Origin: Phoronis australis
Taxonomy: Eukaryota; Animalia; Phoronida
Assembly (NCBI GenBank): GCA_002633005.1
Contig: NMRA01000739.1
Location: 1 to 64,000 of the forward strand
Direction of reading: 5' to 3'
Length of the DNA stretch: 64,000 nt
The notes beneath the pieces are model-generated. The model searched no databases. It was not told the origin of the DNA and was given only the letters and a program-made list of their open reading frames with translations. Positions 26,961 to 40,447 of the stretch are shown in pieces. Position 1 is the first letter of the stretch. Each line of letters begins with the position of its first letter. A program made the position numbers and the translations under genes.

Positions 26961-29900
26961 CAGTTGTTATTAAAGGGACGTTGTCTGTTTTACCGTCGAA
27001 AAACATTTGAGAACTATTTTTTGACGGGACAGACATATAAAAGTTCTTAGCTTTGACCCGGGATACGTTTTATTACTGTGACTGTATTACAAGTCCACAA
27101 GAAAATTGATGACATCAACATCGATGTCTTTGCCCTTAATGGTACTTTGCCATCTACCGTATTCTGGCTAATCTGTGATAAAAATCTTTTCGTCGTGAGA
27201 AAGTAGTTTTAATTTTTTGTTTAGTTTAAGGAAATTCTGCCGTTGAAGGACCATCATGTTAGAAATACATTTTGATACTTTTGCGATTAAAGAAAGATGT
27301 GAAGATCTACTTAAAATTGTTGGAACCTTGTTGTTTACGAATGTTGATTGGGTTTGTATTGCTCAAGTTGGAACTGGAAAATATTTTAACAGTTTTCAGA
27401 AAATATTTAAACAACTGCCTATTCGACAGAATAAATTTTAATAAGGAGGTGGTCTTACGACCATGAATTTTCTGGTACACCGATTCTTCAGCCATTACAT
27501 GTATTGTATAGTTAGATGTTGCAAACCTCTAAACACCTGGTAGAGTCTTTCTCAGTTTTTTATAGGATAAGGAGCAATCTACTCGAATTTGGCAGTGCCA
27601 TTGATGTCGATGGTTTTGTTTAATGTTCACTTAGCTAACTGGTACAAACACAGCCACACTTGTATCAAATCAAAAATCAATTCTAAGCACAGGAAAATAC
27701 TTATACTGTGTAATTTTACTAAGTTTAATACAACAGTCTCTTAGATATCTAGCTGGATGCGGACTTGTCGATAATGCCTCTTGCTGATAATGCCCAAACA
27801 TAGTATATAGTAACCTAAAAACAGTTAAAAATTTTGCACTCACCTAGCGATGGTTCAAAGAGCTTCCTGCGTGCAGAGACAAATGCACAATCAAAACTAA
27901 GTTTTGAAACAGATTTTGTGGTGTGCAAGTTTTGCCAGATGTGCTCCAGTTGCAAGTGATTAAATTGTATGTTATGGGAAAATGAAATTATATTCGAATC
28001 CTAATAACTGCCAATCGTGACAGAAAAATTGCCAGATAGAATTTCCCAAGCCAGATGGCGATTCTACCTGGGAAGCCACACACTGCTTGTTGCAAGAATT
28101 CACGTCGATTTCTATTGCACACACGGAGACGTCGAGAATTTCAGGGCAAAGGGGTGTACCAAGGTGCATTGGCAAGAATCTTGGCCGTTAAATTTTCTAT
28201 AAAAGGCAAATGAAACATCACCCATATAATAATGCACATACTAGTACTTTGAACGCAAATTTAACCTGCTATTTAAAGTTGACAGAACGTTTGTAGAATA
28301 GGACTTCCATCTTTTAATCAGGAAGACATTAAACCAAAAACGTGACTTGTGCCTTCAGTCGTCGCATATGTCTCAATCCCGCATTGAACCCTTCTCAGTG
28401 TTGTGATATTTTGTTTGTCCGTCATAATGAATACCATGTGTTACACGTAAGTGTAGTATATTTTGAGCAATGTCATGGAGAGATTATTCGTGAATCGGTG
28501 AGAATTTTTACGTGAAATTGTAATGTCTTACGAACATCTGACAAATGCTGAGGGGTCGGAATTTCAGAGACTGATCCCTGTCGACTGCGAAACGACATTA
28601 TATTTCTGATCCTTCTGTGTAACGAAACTGCAAATACTAATCTTCTTTGTACAGTACATCTGTTGAAACTCAGTTGCACTAAGTCGTCATCGATTATTCG
28701 CACATCTCGACTCACAAAAACTTGAATACTTCCGTTCATTTTATGACAGCTGTGACTGCTTGCACGTATTTTACACAGAAGTGTTCCCCAATTTTTAACT
28801 TGTCCATAAATTGTTTTTCTGCACTAGTGCGACGCCTTGGAACTCACGCAAGGTAATTGCAATGCTTTGGGGATGTTTCAAGAGCTGTTGAAGACCCCTC
28901 AGAACTATGGCCATGAAGAGTAGTCACTGAAATACATTGCATGAGGTTTTAAGTGCTAATTCAGTTTTCTTAATGAGGATTAGAACAGACTAAATGGCAA
29001 TAATGAAACTGGTTCTCTGTCACTGAAACAGAGAACGTCCTACTCACCGTGTATTTTTAGGGTTTCTTCGTAAATATTTTTAATTTTTGTTAATAGGAAA
29101 GAATTTTCTTTAAGTTTCAAATATTAAAAAAACGAACTGTGAACTGGTCGCCACTTCGTCGATTAATCTTCCACAATGCAAAGCACGTCTCCTTATTTGG
29201 TATGGCAAGACATACACGTACTGTAGGCGCAACACATTTTCCTCAAGCACCTTCAAGCCACTGACCGTAAACGCATGCGCGCACATATAATACGTAGGAG
29301 GGGGATTAGAAACTCAGCGGAAACCACAAAGTTTTTTCTTCTCCCGTATTTAAGAAATCCTGAATTTTGTGATTTTTTCAGGAAAATTTCTCACAGGGAA
29401 AGTGAATTACTCTGTACTAGACTTTGGGAGATGATACTTTCATTAGAGATTATTCAAAAATATTTTGACGAGCTTTTAGAATTCCGATATTATCCCTCAC
29501 TACGGTAATCTACATGCCAGGTTCATCCGGAACAACGTAGGCAATTGTACTCGAGCACTCTCTTGTTTCTGTGCTCCATTCAAGAAAGGTCTCGTTCAAA
29601 AGCGAAACCAGTGTTCCGTAAGATGCATACCTAAATAGGAAAATTCATGACGATAAAATTCATCGTTATTCATCCTTTGGTCCCTTCTGGCATGATATGG
29701 AGCTTTGCTTTCATAAAATGTACAATAGTGAGACCAGAGGAACCCGTCCGAGGCTACCGGTACATGTACTTCTTCAAAAAGATTCTTATTGAATAAGCGT
29801 TTCTAAAGTCTGTGTTTTTGTGATTAGGAAATCCCGGGGAATTGATATTTTCGGTAAGCAGCAAATCAGATTTTGGAAAGTTGCTTTTTAAACTTGGTTT

Positions 29901-30236
29901 TTCGATTAATGTTATTTTAGCGTTTGTCAGAAGTTGACTGTGGGTTTATTTAAAGGGTTGTAATACTTTGAGATTGTGCATGGATGGAGAGAGAATGATT
30001 AAATCTAGTATACGATAACCACTAATTATAGCAAGTGAAACCCGTTTTTAATTAGGTACACTAACAATGAAGTAAAGCAGATACGCTAGCGCCCTCTGTA
30101 GGTATAAATTCAATCAATTAACCAAAAACAATCAAACGTCTTATTTGCTATCCAATCTGTAGAACTTGATGGTTGGATGACAGACATGTTGGTGAATCTT
30201 CAAACTAACACACACTGTACTGCAACAGTGTACTTG

Positions 30237-30350
30237 CTAGTCACAGTCCTTCGTGACGCAACACTTGCAGGCAGTATCTTCTACCGGTGAGTCCTCTTGC
30301 TGGTCACTGTTCCTCGTGACACAGCACTTGCAGGCAATATCTTACTACCC
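30237..30350. repeat. Two-copy ~62-bp tandem duplication
   Basis: tgct(a/g)gtcac..cgtgac(g/a)ca(a/g)cacttgcaggca(g/a)tatctt occurs twice. Confidence 0.75.
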
Positions 30351-33300
30351 ATTATACAAATGACAAGTCATTAGTTAGCTTCCTGTTCATTAACCCTTGA
30401 CCTTGCCCAGGCCCTCTTTAGATTCTTCCACGGAGATGGCTCTGTTGTACAATTTCTTGTGTACACTGTAGCAAGTCATGTATCTTCAACTACTAAGTAC
30501 CATCTTAGTATTTCCCAAACTTCTGTCCAAACTATAATGATGTACTTACGTATCGATGGATTAATAGAAACTGCATGATCTTATCTAATCATATTATTGA
30601 CAGTTAGATCTGCTCACAGAAAGTTCTAGAATCATTAGAGTGCACTGCACATTGATCACAGAACCAAAGTTTTAAACATCATCTAACAATAAATTTTGAC
30701 GTCCAAAATACATGATCAAACAATTAGCCCCATGGTTTAAAAGTACAACTCCACATATTTTTGGAAACTAAATTGATCTCTACCGCTTACGTAACCAATA
30801 GCCATTCTAACAATGATATTTACATGAAAAATGTTTCAGTTTCCCACACTTTTTGGCCGACAAATGGAATCAGATACAGTAGCACACCCATCTGCTTGCA
30901 CACCTTTTCTATTTCGATCTGCGTGGGAAAATGTTCAGGCTGTAGCTCTACGGTTTCTGCATGATAGCAAGTAGTAGCATATGTTAATAAAAACAGCGCC
31001 GGATTATGTATCTCTATTTGATGTTGGGCCTAGCAAGGTGGCCATTGTTTTTTTTTTTCTTGTGATGATGGCCTTTCCATGAACGCCGAAGCACCTCAAG
31101 CCATTTTAAATTCGTCGTAGTTTTTAGTAACATAGCTCTCCAACTCAAAATATAGTAAGCAACATTGCTGCACCCTAATAAAATACATAGCTATGCGATG
31201 ATGTGAGTGGACAATGCTGCATTTTAAATTATCATTGTTTATTTCCGACCTAGACAGGTGTAAGTGACCGACAAAGTTAGGTTTTTGTTGGGATTTGAAT
31301 TGATTATCTTGATTAATGCAACAATAATAAAACAACGACAGAGGGCGTGAAGTGCATATGGACGACACCACACCAACATATATTTTGAAGACCAAGATGA
31401 GAGATTGAATATAGATGTTAGGCATGCACATGTATTAATGAAAATCAAACGCAGGTAGTTTGAATGGTCTCAGCGTCCACATCTTTGTGGACTTGGTTAA
31501 TTAATTGTTCGTAGGAAGAATAAAACGAATCTATCGTCACATGAACGTCTGCCCTTCCAGAACCGCTAGCTGGCCTCTCAAATGCATGTCGCAAACAACG
31601 GCCGGGAGATGTCGACTATTCTTCAAGGTGAACGGTAACTGAGACTCGTTTCTTAAAATATTCTTCCCCACCCAGTACAGTCTCTAATAAATATCAATCA
31701 ATATTTTTACATTATCAACACGTGTGGCAAAAGTAATTCCATTTTTTAAAATAGAAATTTGTTTTCTCGTTTTGATTACTTTTTAGTCTCTGAGAATCTC
31801 TTGAAACCATCGCATGAGAAATAAAAACAACTGTTAACATCCATTCCATGAGAAAATCAAAAGACATCAAAGATCACTCCATGGGTCATCTTTTAGATTC
31901 AGCTTAAACTTTGAGTATACAATCGTGATGTGGCTCGGATACAAGAATCACCAATTTTCCACTTATTGACCTCTTAGTTTTTACTTACATGTATAGAAGC
32001 CTACAAAAGTTTACGAAAAAAACGTCGTGATTTTGCATACCGAAAACAACAATTTTTCAATATACATGTAAAAGCAGACGGATTGCATCCAATGGGAGAA
32101 AACACATCATGGTATTAGGAAGTGAGACATAAGGACAACCAACTAAATATGATACTAATAACCTCTCTGCAATCATCACGTAACAGGGGAGATGAATGTG
32201 GAAGCACTTTTTGTGGTGTTGAAAGTGGGTGTCACTCAAGTGTTTCTACAAGCCAGTTTTCGGGGCTTTGGACATTGAAAGACATGTTAATGGATAGACC
32301 TTGGATGTATGAAAAATTAAGAAATCTCTCGAATGGGCTTTTGTCATATTATGTTCTAAAAATGTTTCAATATTGCGTATTCTATACTTTCGAAACTAAT
32401 GCTTTTTGGAATTTCGTTACATTTAAAATGGTTTCAAAAAGAAATAATTAAAAAGAATCAAAAGTTTAGAGACCATTAGGGTGTCTGACGTACCTACACA
32501 CCATTTCATCAATTGAAAGATCATAACTGACCTCTGGTTAGAGATTAGGGACTGGGAGTCAAGGGTCATTAAATATTTACCTGGAGCCAAATATCGAGAC
32601 GGTTGATGCCCTTACAGAAATTTTTAGGCTGACATGAATGAATCATGTCATTTTAATGAAATATTTCAATTTCTGTACCATTTAAAGACAATTTAGTTTT
32701 TACATGTATTTATAAACTGTTATTTTGCTTTAAGGATTCGAGAAAAGATGAAGTGATCGAACCGCAAACAAAATTTTGAATTCAAAAATTTTAGTCACAG
32801 GAAAAACTAAGATAAAAAAATACCAAAATGACAGGGTGCGTTCAAAAGTTATGGCTATTTACATATACATGTATGAATCACATTTTGACTTACCATGTTG
32901 ATTAGGTCGGCCATCTTGGATGTCAGCGGGAAAAGGTTACGAGTTTAAAAGTGCTTAAACATAATTTTTACAAGTGCCCCATCAGTACCTCAGTAATATT
33001 TAGGGAGACATACTCTTACCTACCATTCTGTGCAATCCAAGAGTTTACACCAGAATCAAATCACGCCTGTGTATTTTATGGAGTGATTAGCGTGCTCACA
33101 ATTCACGTTGGATAACATCGAAACTTTTCCGAATTGAAATACAACATTGTCATCAATGAAGACTTAACTATAATACATTTATAGACACACTGGTGCAGAA
33201 AAGCAGCTCTGTACAATTTAGCGGTGCTTGTGACATCACAATATTATAAACCTTCTATTCATTTCAGTGTGAAGTGTCCATTCACTTGACATCCACTATG

Positions 33301-35957
33301 GTAAACTGCACTTCTTCTTTTGAAATCATTTTTGTTTGAAAGTACACTTTTGTTCAAGGTATGACTATCTGTGACAACAGGACAAAGATTTTCTAAATGT
33401 TATGCATAAATTGTGATTTTGATTCAACTTACTTTCTACCTCAAGATGTACCAAAGCAACTAAGTGTAAAAGATCTATTACTTGATTTACAGAAAATGAT
33501 TACATTTAAATTATGAATTGCGAAGCTTGGTCGAACCCTTCTGCCTCATAGCTTCATAGGTTTTATTACCATGGTTGTCAAATTTTAGTTAAAGGGGATT
33601 CCTTTATCGTACTCAGTCGCCATGGTAACAATTATGCATGTCTACTTTTATACTTAACGTGAGGTTGGTTCAGCCTGCATTGTTGGAATTTTCACATTGC
33701 AAGTGCATTTTAAGTTACTTTTTGTGGCAAAAGATTGTTATGATCGTTTTAGTCTATATATTAATTTGTACTGAGATAACTTTGCCTGAGCTACAGTGAA
33801 AGCTTGAAACCCCTGCGTTCAATATTTTTAAGAAATGTGGTATTTATCTCTTATTGGAGTGTAGCAACAAGTTACAAAAGCATAATTGGGTGGACCCGAT
33901 TAAATATAAAAATGGCAAACTCAGATAAAAATGACTTCTTATATTCTATGTAAAGATTACCAGGTAATAAAATGGACGTTGCCAAGACACAGCATCAGTT
34001 TGCTTGTGGGGGAGGGACACGGGTTAGACGCAATAACACTCTCCAGGGTGCTAAAACTGCCTTGATGAGGCAGCGCAGGTTATACTCGTTCGAAAACATG
34101 CATGCAACTAATAATATTCTTTGGCCGAATTACATGTAGAAGTAACAAGAGGAAAACAGAACCGACGCTAAAGTGCACCATTCACACGGCGTTTAGGTAT
34201 TAAAAGCCATAATCAAGTACAATAGTAGACAGAAAACAATTATTGTAACAGAAATTAGATTAATATCGAAACCTCGTTCTCAAACATGAATGGGCCATTG
34301 TTTCCTCGATGGAAGCGTTTTGGCCAAATTTGATGAAATTTCACCAAAGATATCTGGTTAAAATGAGTGCTACCGGGGGGGCCTGCAGTAGTCGAAGTAT
34401 TTAAAATTTTAAGTAGGCTGATTTGATCACCATAGGTGCATAGTTACAAAATTAATGTATCACTTTCTGAGGTATACGACAGGCACTGTTAAGTACGCCA
34501 TGGTGTGAATTTTCAATCGGTTGTTGCTTGATAACAAACAAAAAGCCCATTTTCATTTCTATTATTTAATTTTCCCAGTCAGACAGCAATTCGACGAAAA
34601 TTAGAATAAGGAATCACCAGCACCCGGCAAAGGGACCCCCCAGAGACCCCCAAAACGGCTAAAATCAAATACAAAAATAGGGCAAAAATTACTGAACTTC
34701 GGCACTTCAGTGAAAGTTAACGGAAACCCCCCTCAAAATCCAAAGGCTGTCATCTGATAGAGAAGTTCATTCTCTACACAAACGTTATATTTTTTTTCTT
34801 CTAAGCAGTTTTAAAACCAATTGAATACTTTTGCACCAAAAATGGGTCTTTTTGGGCCAAAGGGATTCCTGACACTTTATCTTGAATAATAATTGCCCAA
34901 AAATTCAAAATAAATGTTTTAAATATATCTCCCCAGGATGCATGTACACACATTTTTAACATATGAGTCGGTGGCCCTAGTGTTGACCTGTTGATGCTCT
35001 CGTGAAATGAAAGTTAACAGGTTTATAGATTAGTGAGTATAGACCTGGTCACACCAAACTCCATCCGAAGCACTTCAGATATTTACACATCTTCAAAAGT
35101 TATTTTCAAATGTAATCGTTGCCTGTGCGTTTGGAAACTTGCCACTCTGTTCTTCTGGCAGCGTTCCGTAGATCAGATTTCTTTCGACACGAGCAAGATA
35201 GCGAGTATTTATAAGTTATTTTAAAGTCTCGAGAGTGAAGGACACGTTGTTTCAAAACCTTACCGGAGTAACTTAGGGAAATGGCGACCACTGAAGAGAT
35301 TGGTCGACAATGTATTGAAATACTTGGAATAACACGTTGGAGTTGAATTATCGTATAGAATTCAATGCTTCATAAGTTACGTGTTTTCGCTGCAAGTGTA
35401 AGCAACTGCCTTGGTTGAATGTAACCCGGCCGAGAAGTTGCCAAGGTGTTCGAATGACCAACCCTGATCTCAGGATGCCCGCTGTTGAGTTGTTGGGGAC
35501 CCTGTGCCGTGAACGACATACACAAAGGCCGGGTGCATTGTTTGTTTTGTTTTGGGACAACTTAAGGAGTGCAAAACACAAACAGATTATCTAATTGTTT
35601 CCTAGTCGCAGTAAAATTCAAACAAAACGTGTAAGACCAGTGCAACTATAAACTTTTGATGCACAACCAACACAACGAAAGCAAAAACTTTATGCACGCA
35701 GCTTAAAGCAGTTTACTTTGAGCTTTGGGCGCCCAAACTAAGACGTTGGCGCCCTTCCTTGGCAGGACTTCTCAGGGGAAGCATCCCAGTTACACCGTCA
35801 CTGTCTGTCGCCTATATTAAAACAGAACTCACGTGCACAGGACCACCTAATCAATGACGAAAAGAGATGGTTCATATCGAAGTTTTGTCATACCCATGTG
35901 ATCGATGAAAAGTTTCTTTATCATCTTCAACACTATCAGTTCTTCCATTGTTTCCAG

Positions 35958-36473
35958 AGTTCATCGAAGACTCACAGTTGTTGACAGCTCAACATTTATC
36001 CCAACTACGGCAGTACATGAGTGTTCCAGAGAAGACGTTTCGATTGCTGTATCGAGCTACGCGTGATGGCATGGTAGGCAAAATATTTCACAGGCTATGC
36101 GACAAACAGGGGCCTACCATCACCATAGGTCGCAAAGCTAATACTCAAACCGTTTACGGCGGATACACAGCTAGAGCTTGGTCAGGATCTCAAAGCGTAG
36201 CCGCCGATAAGAATGCCTTCATCTTCCGTCTGTGTGGCTCACAAGAATGCACAAGTGCAATGTATTCACAAACAGTACCTTCTAAAGCTATTGTGGATTT
36301 TTCGACCTGTGGGCCAGCATTTGGAGGCGGCGACTTGATTTTCTTTAACAGGTATCTCAGTTACAACAAAGAACTCACCTCCGATGGATTCTGCTCAAGA
36401 CACCACTACAACGGTTCACTCGATTGTGGGTACCGCGTCACATGGGAGGACATAGAGGTATACGGCCTCGCAG
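35958..36473 (+). CDS. Multi-TLDc gene 2, TLDc domain 1 exon
   Basis: tttccag|AG ... GCAG|gtaagt; 516 nt, phase 1-1; full TLDc motif set. Confidence 0.9.
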
Positions 36474-36796
36474 GTAAGTCAGTGGATCGAAGTCGAAATT
36501 TCTTTAGCCTATTACACAATGACTATAAGTGGTTGTAGCTGCCGTTGTTTTAGATTGTATCTTATTGGTGTTGTTATTGACTATCCTAAAAGTTTGCTAT
36601 GTCCCCTTTTAAAGGAAGGAACGTGATGTTGATCGACGATGCTTTTGAATGTCTTACAAGCATCATTTTGTCTTGTGGTCCATCGCTATCCATTCTCAGT
36701 GGTGTGAGTTTCTTGAGAGATGCTTTCCATAGTTTTAACAACGTCGTAGTTGTAAAACTTATGGCAAAGTTTGTGTGAATTATTATCATTTTTCAG

Positions 36797-37336
36797 AATT
36801 CATAGAAGACTCTAAACTCATGACAAGTATAGATCTTAGAAAGCTGCAATTGTACATGCGCGTACCAGCCAAAAGTGTTAAGTTGATGTACCGTGCCACG
36901 CGAGACGGTATGTCGGGACAAGCTTTTCACCACTTCGTCAACAAAATAGGTTCCACGATAACTATTGGCCGGGAGGCAACCACCGGCAACCTCTACGGTG
37001 CGTATACGTCCAGGTCTTGGAAAAGTACCAATGGTCACGGTCTTGACATCAGAGCTTTCCTGTTCCGCCTGTGTGGGCAAGGGTGTAGAAGCCGAAAATT
37101 CGAACTTAAATCATCACGACGTCCGTATGCTGTCTACGATCATTCAAACTATGGACCCACGTTTGGTTTCAACCATGACCTGACGTTTTTTGCGGGAGCA
37201 TACAGCTACAACACAACTTCCAAGTATTTTGCTACAAATGGGCAGTGCTCAGAGTCCGACAAAACGTATGATGGTGGACCAGTTGGCTGTGGATCCAACG
37301 TTAAATGGATTGACGTGGAGACGTACAGGGTTGAAG
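36797..37336 (+). CDS. Multi-TLDc gene 2, TLDc domain 2 exon
   Basis: ttttcag|AA ... GAAG|gtaaat; 540 nt, phase 1-1. Confidence 0.9.
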
Positions 37337-38024
37337 GTAAATTCACCAGAGGGAAAGAAGTTGCCAACTGGCCCTCTATTTTATAGACTGGCTAAATTAG
37401 ACAATGTTAAATCCATCATTGTGATCGGATATGTCTTTTTACAGCTTAAATCGTAAATGCCGTCATCGTCTTCTGACAAAAAGTACAAATTATGTCTTTT
37501 CAAAAACGTACTTAACATATGAAACTGACAGAAGAGGAATATGGTTGTCCTTTAGCAACAGCCAGTTCTCTTCCGTAACTACAAACAGATGTTGCGAAAT
37601 CAATGTTTAACTGTTTCATACTTTACTAGGCTTTCATCTGTGTCTTTAAATCCCGTTGCTTGAAAGTTTCACAGTATCACTAGATTTGCATGCTCTTTCC
37701 GGAGACATTTTTCATACTTTCTTGGAACAGTTGTCTCGCTGGGACTGGAAGTCACGTGTTTGCATTTAGGCTCGTACTTGCCAACATTATGTTGTGTAGT
37801 TTGAGATTCGAAATAACGAAACGAGTTGTTTATGTGTAGCCTAAACCTTTTTTTACTTTTGATCCAAGTTTGGTAACAAAGAAATCACAAGTTTAAGATG
37901 ACACCACGTTCACTTCTATTTCGTGACAGGGTGGAAATTACTTTAAGTTACGAATTCCCAGCCTCTGGGATTACGGTTGTAATGGTTATTATACTGTCTA
38001 TTTCACCAGAGTTGACAATTTCAG

Positions 38025-38558
38025 AGTACATAGAAGATTCCCACCTCTTATCAACCCATCAACTGACACAGTTAAGGCAATACATACCAGACAAGAAGAT
38101 GAAGTTGCTGTACCGCGCCACAGTCGACGGAATGTCAAACAACGTCTTTCATTCTCTATGCGGCTGGAAAGGTCCCACACTCAGCGTAGGACTCGAGGCT
38201 ACTAAAGGCACCGTCTACGCTGGATATACATCTAGATCATGGATACTATCCGGAGGGTATGCTTCTGACAACAATCCCTTCCTTCTACGCTTGTGTGGCC
38301 CAGAATGCACCAGTAGGCGATTCAACCAGATATCAGCTAAACGTCAGTATGCTGTTAACGATGATTCCAACAAGGGACCTACATTTGGTGATGGTCATGA
38401 CCTAACGTTCTTCGCTGGAAGTTATAGCTACAACGCAACATCAAAATACTTTGCTACCAATGGTTACTGCTCTGGGGGTGACAACACGTATGATGGAGGA
38501 TCAGTAGGTTGCGGGACAAGTGTCAAGTGGACGGATATTGAAGTTTACGGCGTCGAAG
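38025..38558 (+). CDS. Multi-TLDc gene 2, TLDc domain 3 exon
   Basis: tttcag|AG ... GAAG|gtaagg; 534 nt, phase 1-1. An in-frame alternative acceptor would start the exon at 38010. Confidence 0.9.
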
Positions 38559-38871
38559 GTAAGGCATAAGCGGAGGTAATGAAGGTTGAAAAAAGTGAAC
38601 TACGTTAAACGGACTACAATAATTAATCTCAGAAAGCGCTTTAACAGTTGCTGGGATCGTTTTCGCCAATTTTACGTTGTTTGCGTGAAAGTGTTTCACT
38701 TACAGCCGAAATTCATTTTTGCTTTCTTGTATTTTCATAATGTTTCTGACTCCCTAGTAAAACAACGCTTTTTGAAATGAACTGGACTATGCCAGGAGCA
38801 GTTTCATACCAATGTATGTATATTCAAGAACATCTTAATTACTGTACACGAACGTTTACATTGTATTCCAG

Positions 38872-39428
38872 AGTCCATCGAGAATTCACCACTGTTGTCC
38901 AGTCAGCAGGTGTCGCAAATCCGCCAATACTTACCCAACAAGGAGTTTAAATTGCTCTACCGTGCAACCGGTGACGGCATGTCGGGTACAACTTTCCATC
39001 AACTGTGCGACTTTAAGGGTCCGACTATCAGCATAGGTCGAGAAGCTACGACACACACTGTTTACGGGGGTTATGCATCTCGGTTTTGGGAATCAAGTGG
39101 AGGGGGGACATACAAAGAAGACAGAAATGCGTTTTTGTTTCGTGTTTGCGAATCGACTTGTACCAGTAAAAGGTTCAACTTGATGCCGATTCTCAGCGAT
39201 TTTGCTCTATATTTTCGAACGAACTACGGTCCGACGTTTGGTGGTAACCGAGGCTTGATGTTCTTCTATGGCTCCTACAGCTTCAACACAGCCTCTAAGT
39301 ACTTTGCCAGCAATGGTTACTGTTTCGATAAAGATCTCACGTACATCGGGGGACCACTTGGTTGTGGGTTTTATGTCAAATGGACGGACGTAGAGGTTTA
39401 CGCTGTTAACGAAAATCCGTATAATTAG
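38872..39428 (+). CDS. Multi-TLDc gene 2, terminal TLDc domain 4 exon
   Basis: ttgtattccag|AG, phase 1; stop TAG at 39426-39428. Confidence 0.9.
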
Positions 39429-40299
39429 CCCGATGATGAGTTTCTAATAGTCTATTGCCTTAAACGACTTACTCTTACTGTAATGACGTAAGCAAAATAT
39501 CACTTCGAGCCCCAAAAGTTGTCGTTCCAATAGTAATATGAAGTGTCCGTCTGTTCTGTCAGTTTGAGATGTCGACCCCCATAATAATATGGGGCCCTTT
39601 CTAACATTACCGAAATGCGGGACCCCCTTTTAAGACGGAGTTCCGATCTTTGCTCAGTGTGTGGCAGGGTTCTCATTATCATTATGACGTATCCGCTTTT
39701 TTGTGACCTTAGGATTGGACCCTTCTCTTAATGTGAGTGGCTGAAACTGGCTAACTGGCGACATGAATCTTTAAAGTCACTGCAGCCGTTATGAGAATTT
39801 TCTTCACGTTTGACAGCGTGGACCTAATGAGAGGTGCATGTGTATTATGAATGGTACATTTCTTGTCAAATAAAGGGTAATGGTTAACAAGACTTCTTCA
39901 TCTCCACGAAAATATGAACATCCTCCATGTGAGCTGCATTTGGGAGATTACCTTTCTCTTCGATAAAGTGACTAAAATTGTCTTCGTCCACACGACTAAA
40001 CAAACCTGTCCCCGGCGTAAAAATCTCTTTTACCTCCTCAGGAAAATTCAGAAGCCCCAATAGGGCATTATGGGATTGAATACTGCATGCCTACGATTAT
40101 CGCTTTAAAACTGCTATGAGCCAGCGTTCTGTACAAGTTTCGAATTCGAGCACTTCCCAATAGAAGTTCGGTCCCTTGTTGCTTGGCAAACTGAAAACAA
40201 ATTATGGTAATGAAGAAAACTGACATTTCCTGTTTATTCGAGACCATGCACAGATCATAAAGTGAAATATCATGACAAACCAATCCAGTTTGTTCACCT

Positions 40300-40447
40300 C
40301 AGGGCCAGATCCATGATTAAGAGCTACGGGGGGCCAGGGCAGAGGATTTTGACCGTCAGACATTCGCACCCCCGAACTGCCAAATGAAATCTGGGAGAAT
40401 TTTAGGGGGTTCATGGCCCCCTTGGCCCCCCTCTCAATCCGCCACTG
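40300..40447. mobile_element. Short hAT-like MITE; related copies at ~21766-21860 and 50198-50353 (inverted)
   Basis: Ends cagggccagatcc...aatccgccactg and a shared core gtc(a/t)gacattcgcacc..gaactgccaa. No TSD found. Confidence 0.6.

Noticed and set aside
25151-27036. IYIY/CVCV-rich ORFs
   Set aside because: They are microsatellite translations.
24321-35957. Additional coding exons in the long first intron of TLDc gene 2
   Set aside because: No TLDc-like or convincing phase 1-1 exon was seen. Small exons cannot be excluded by eye.
35948-39428. Four separate single-exon TLDc genes as the ORF track implies
   Set aside because: Most ORF starts are non-ATG or intronic, and each domain is bounded by phase-compatible splice sites.
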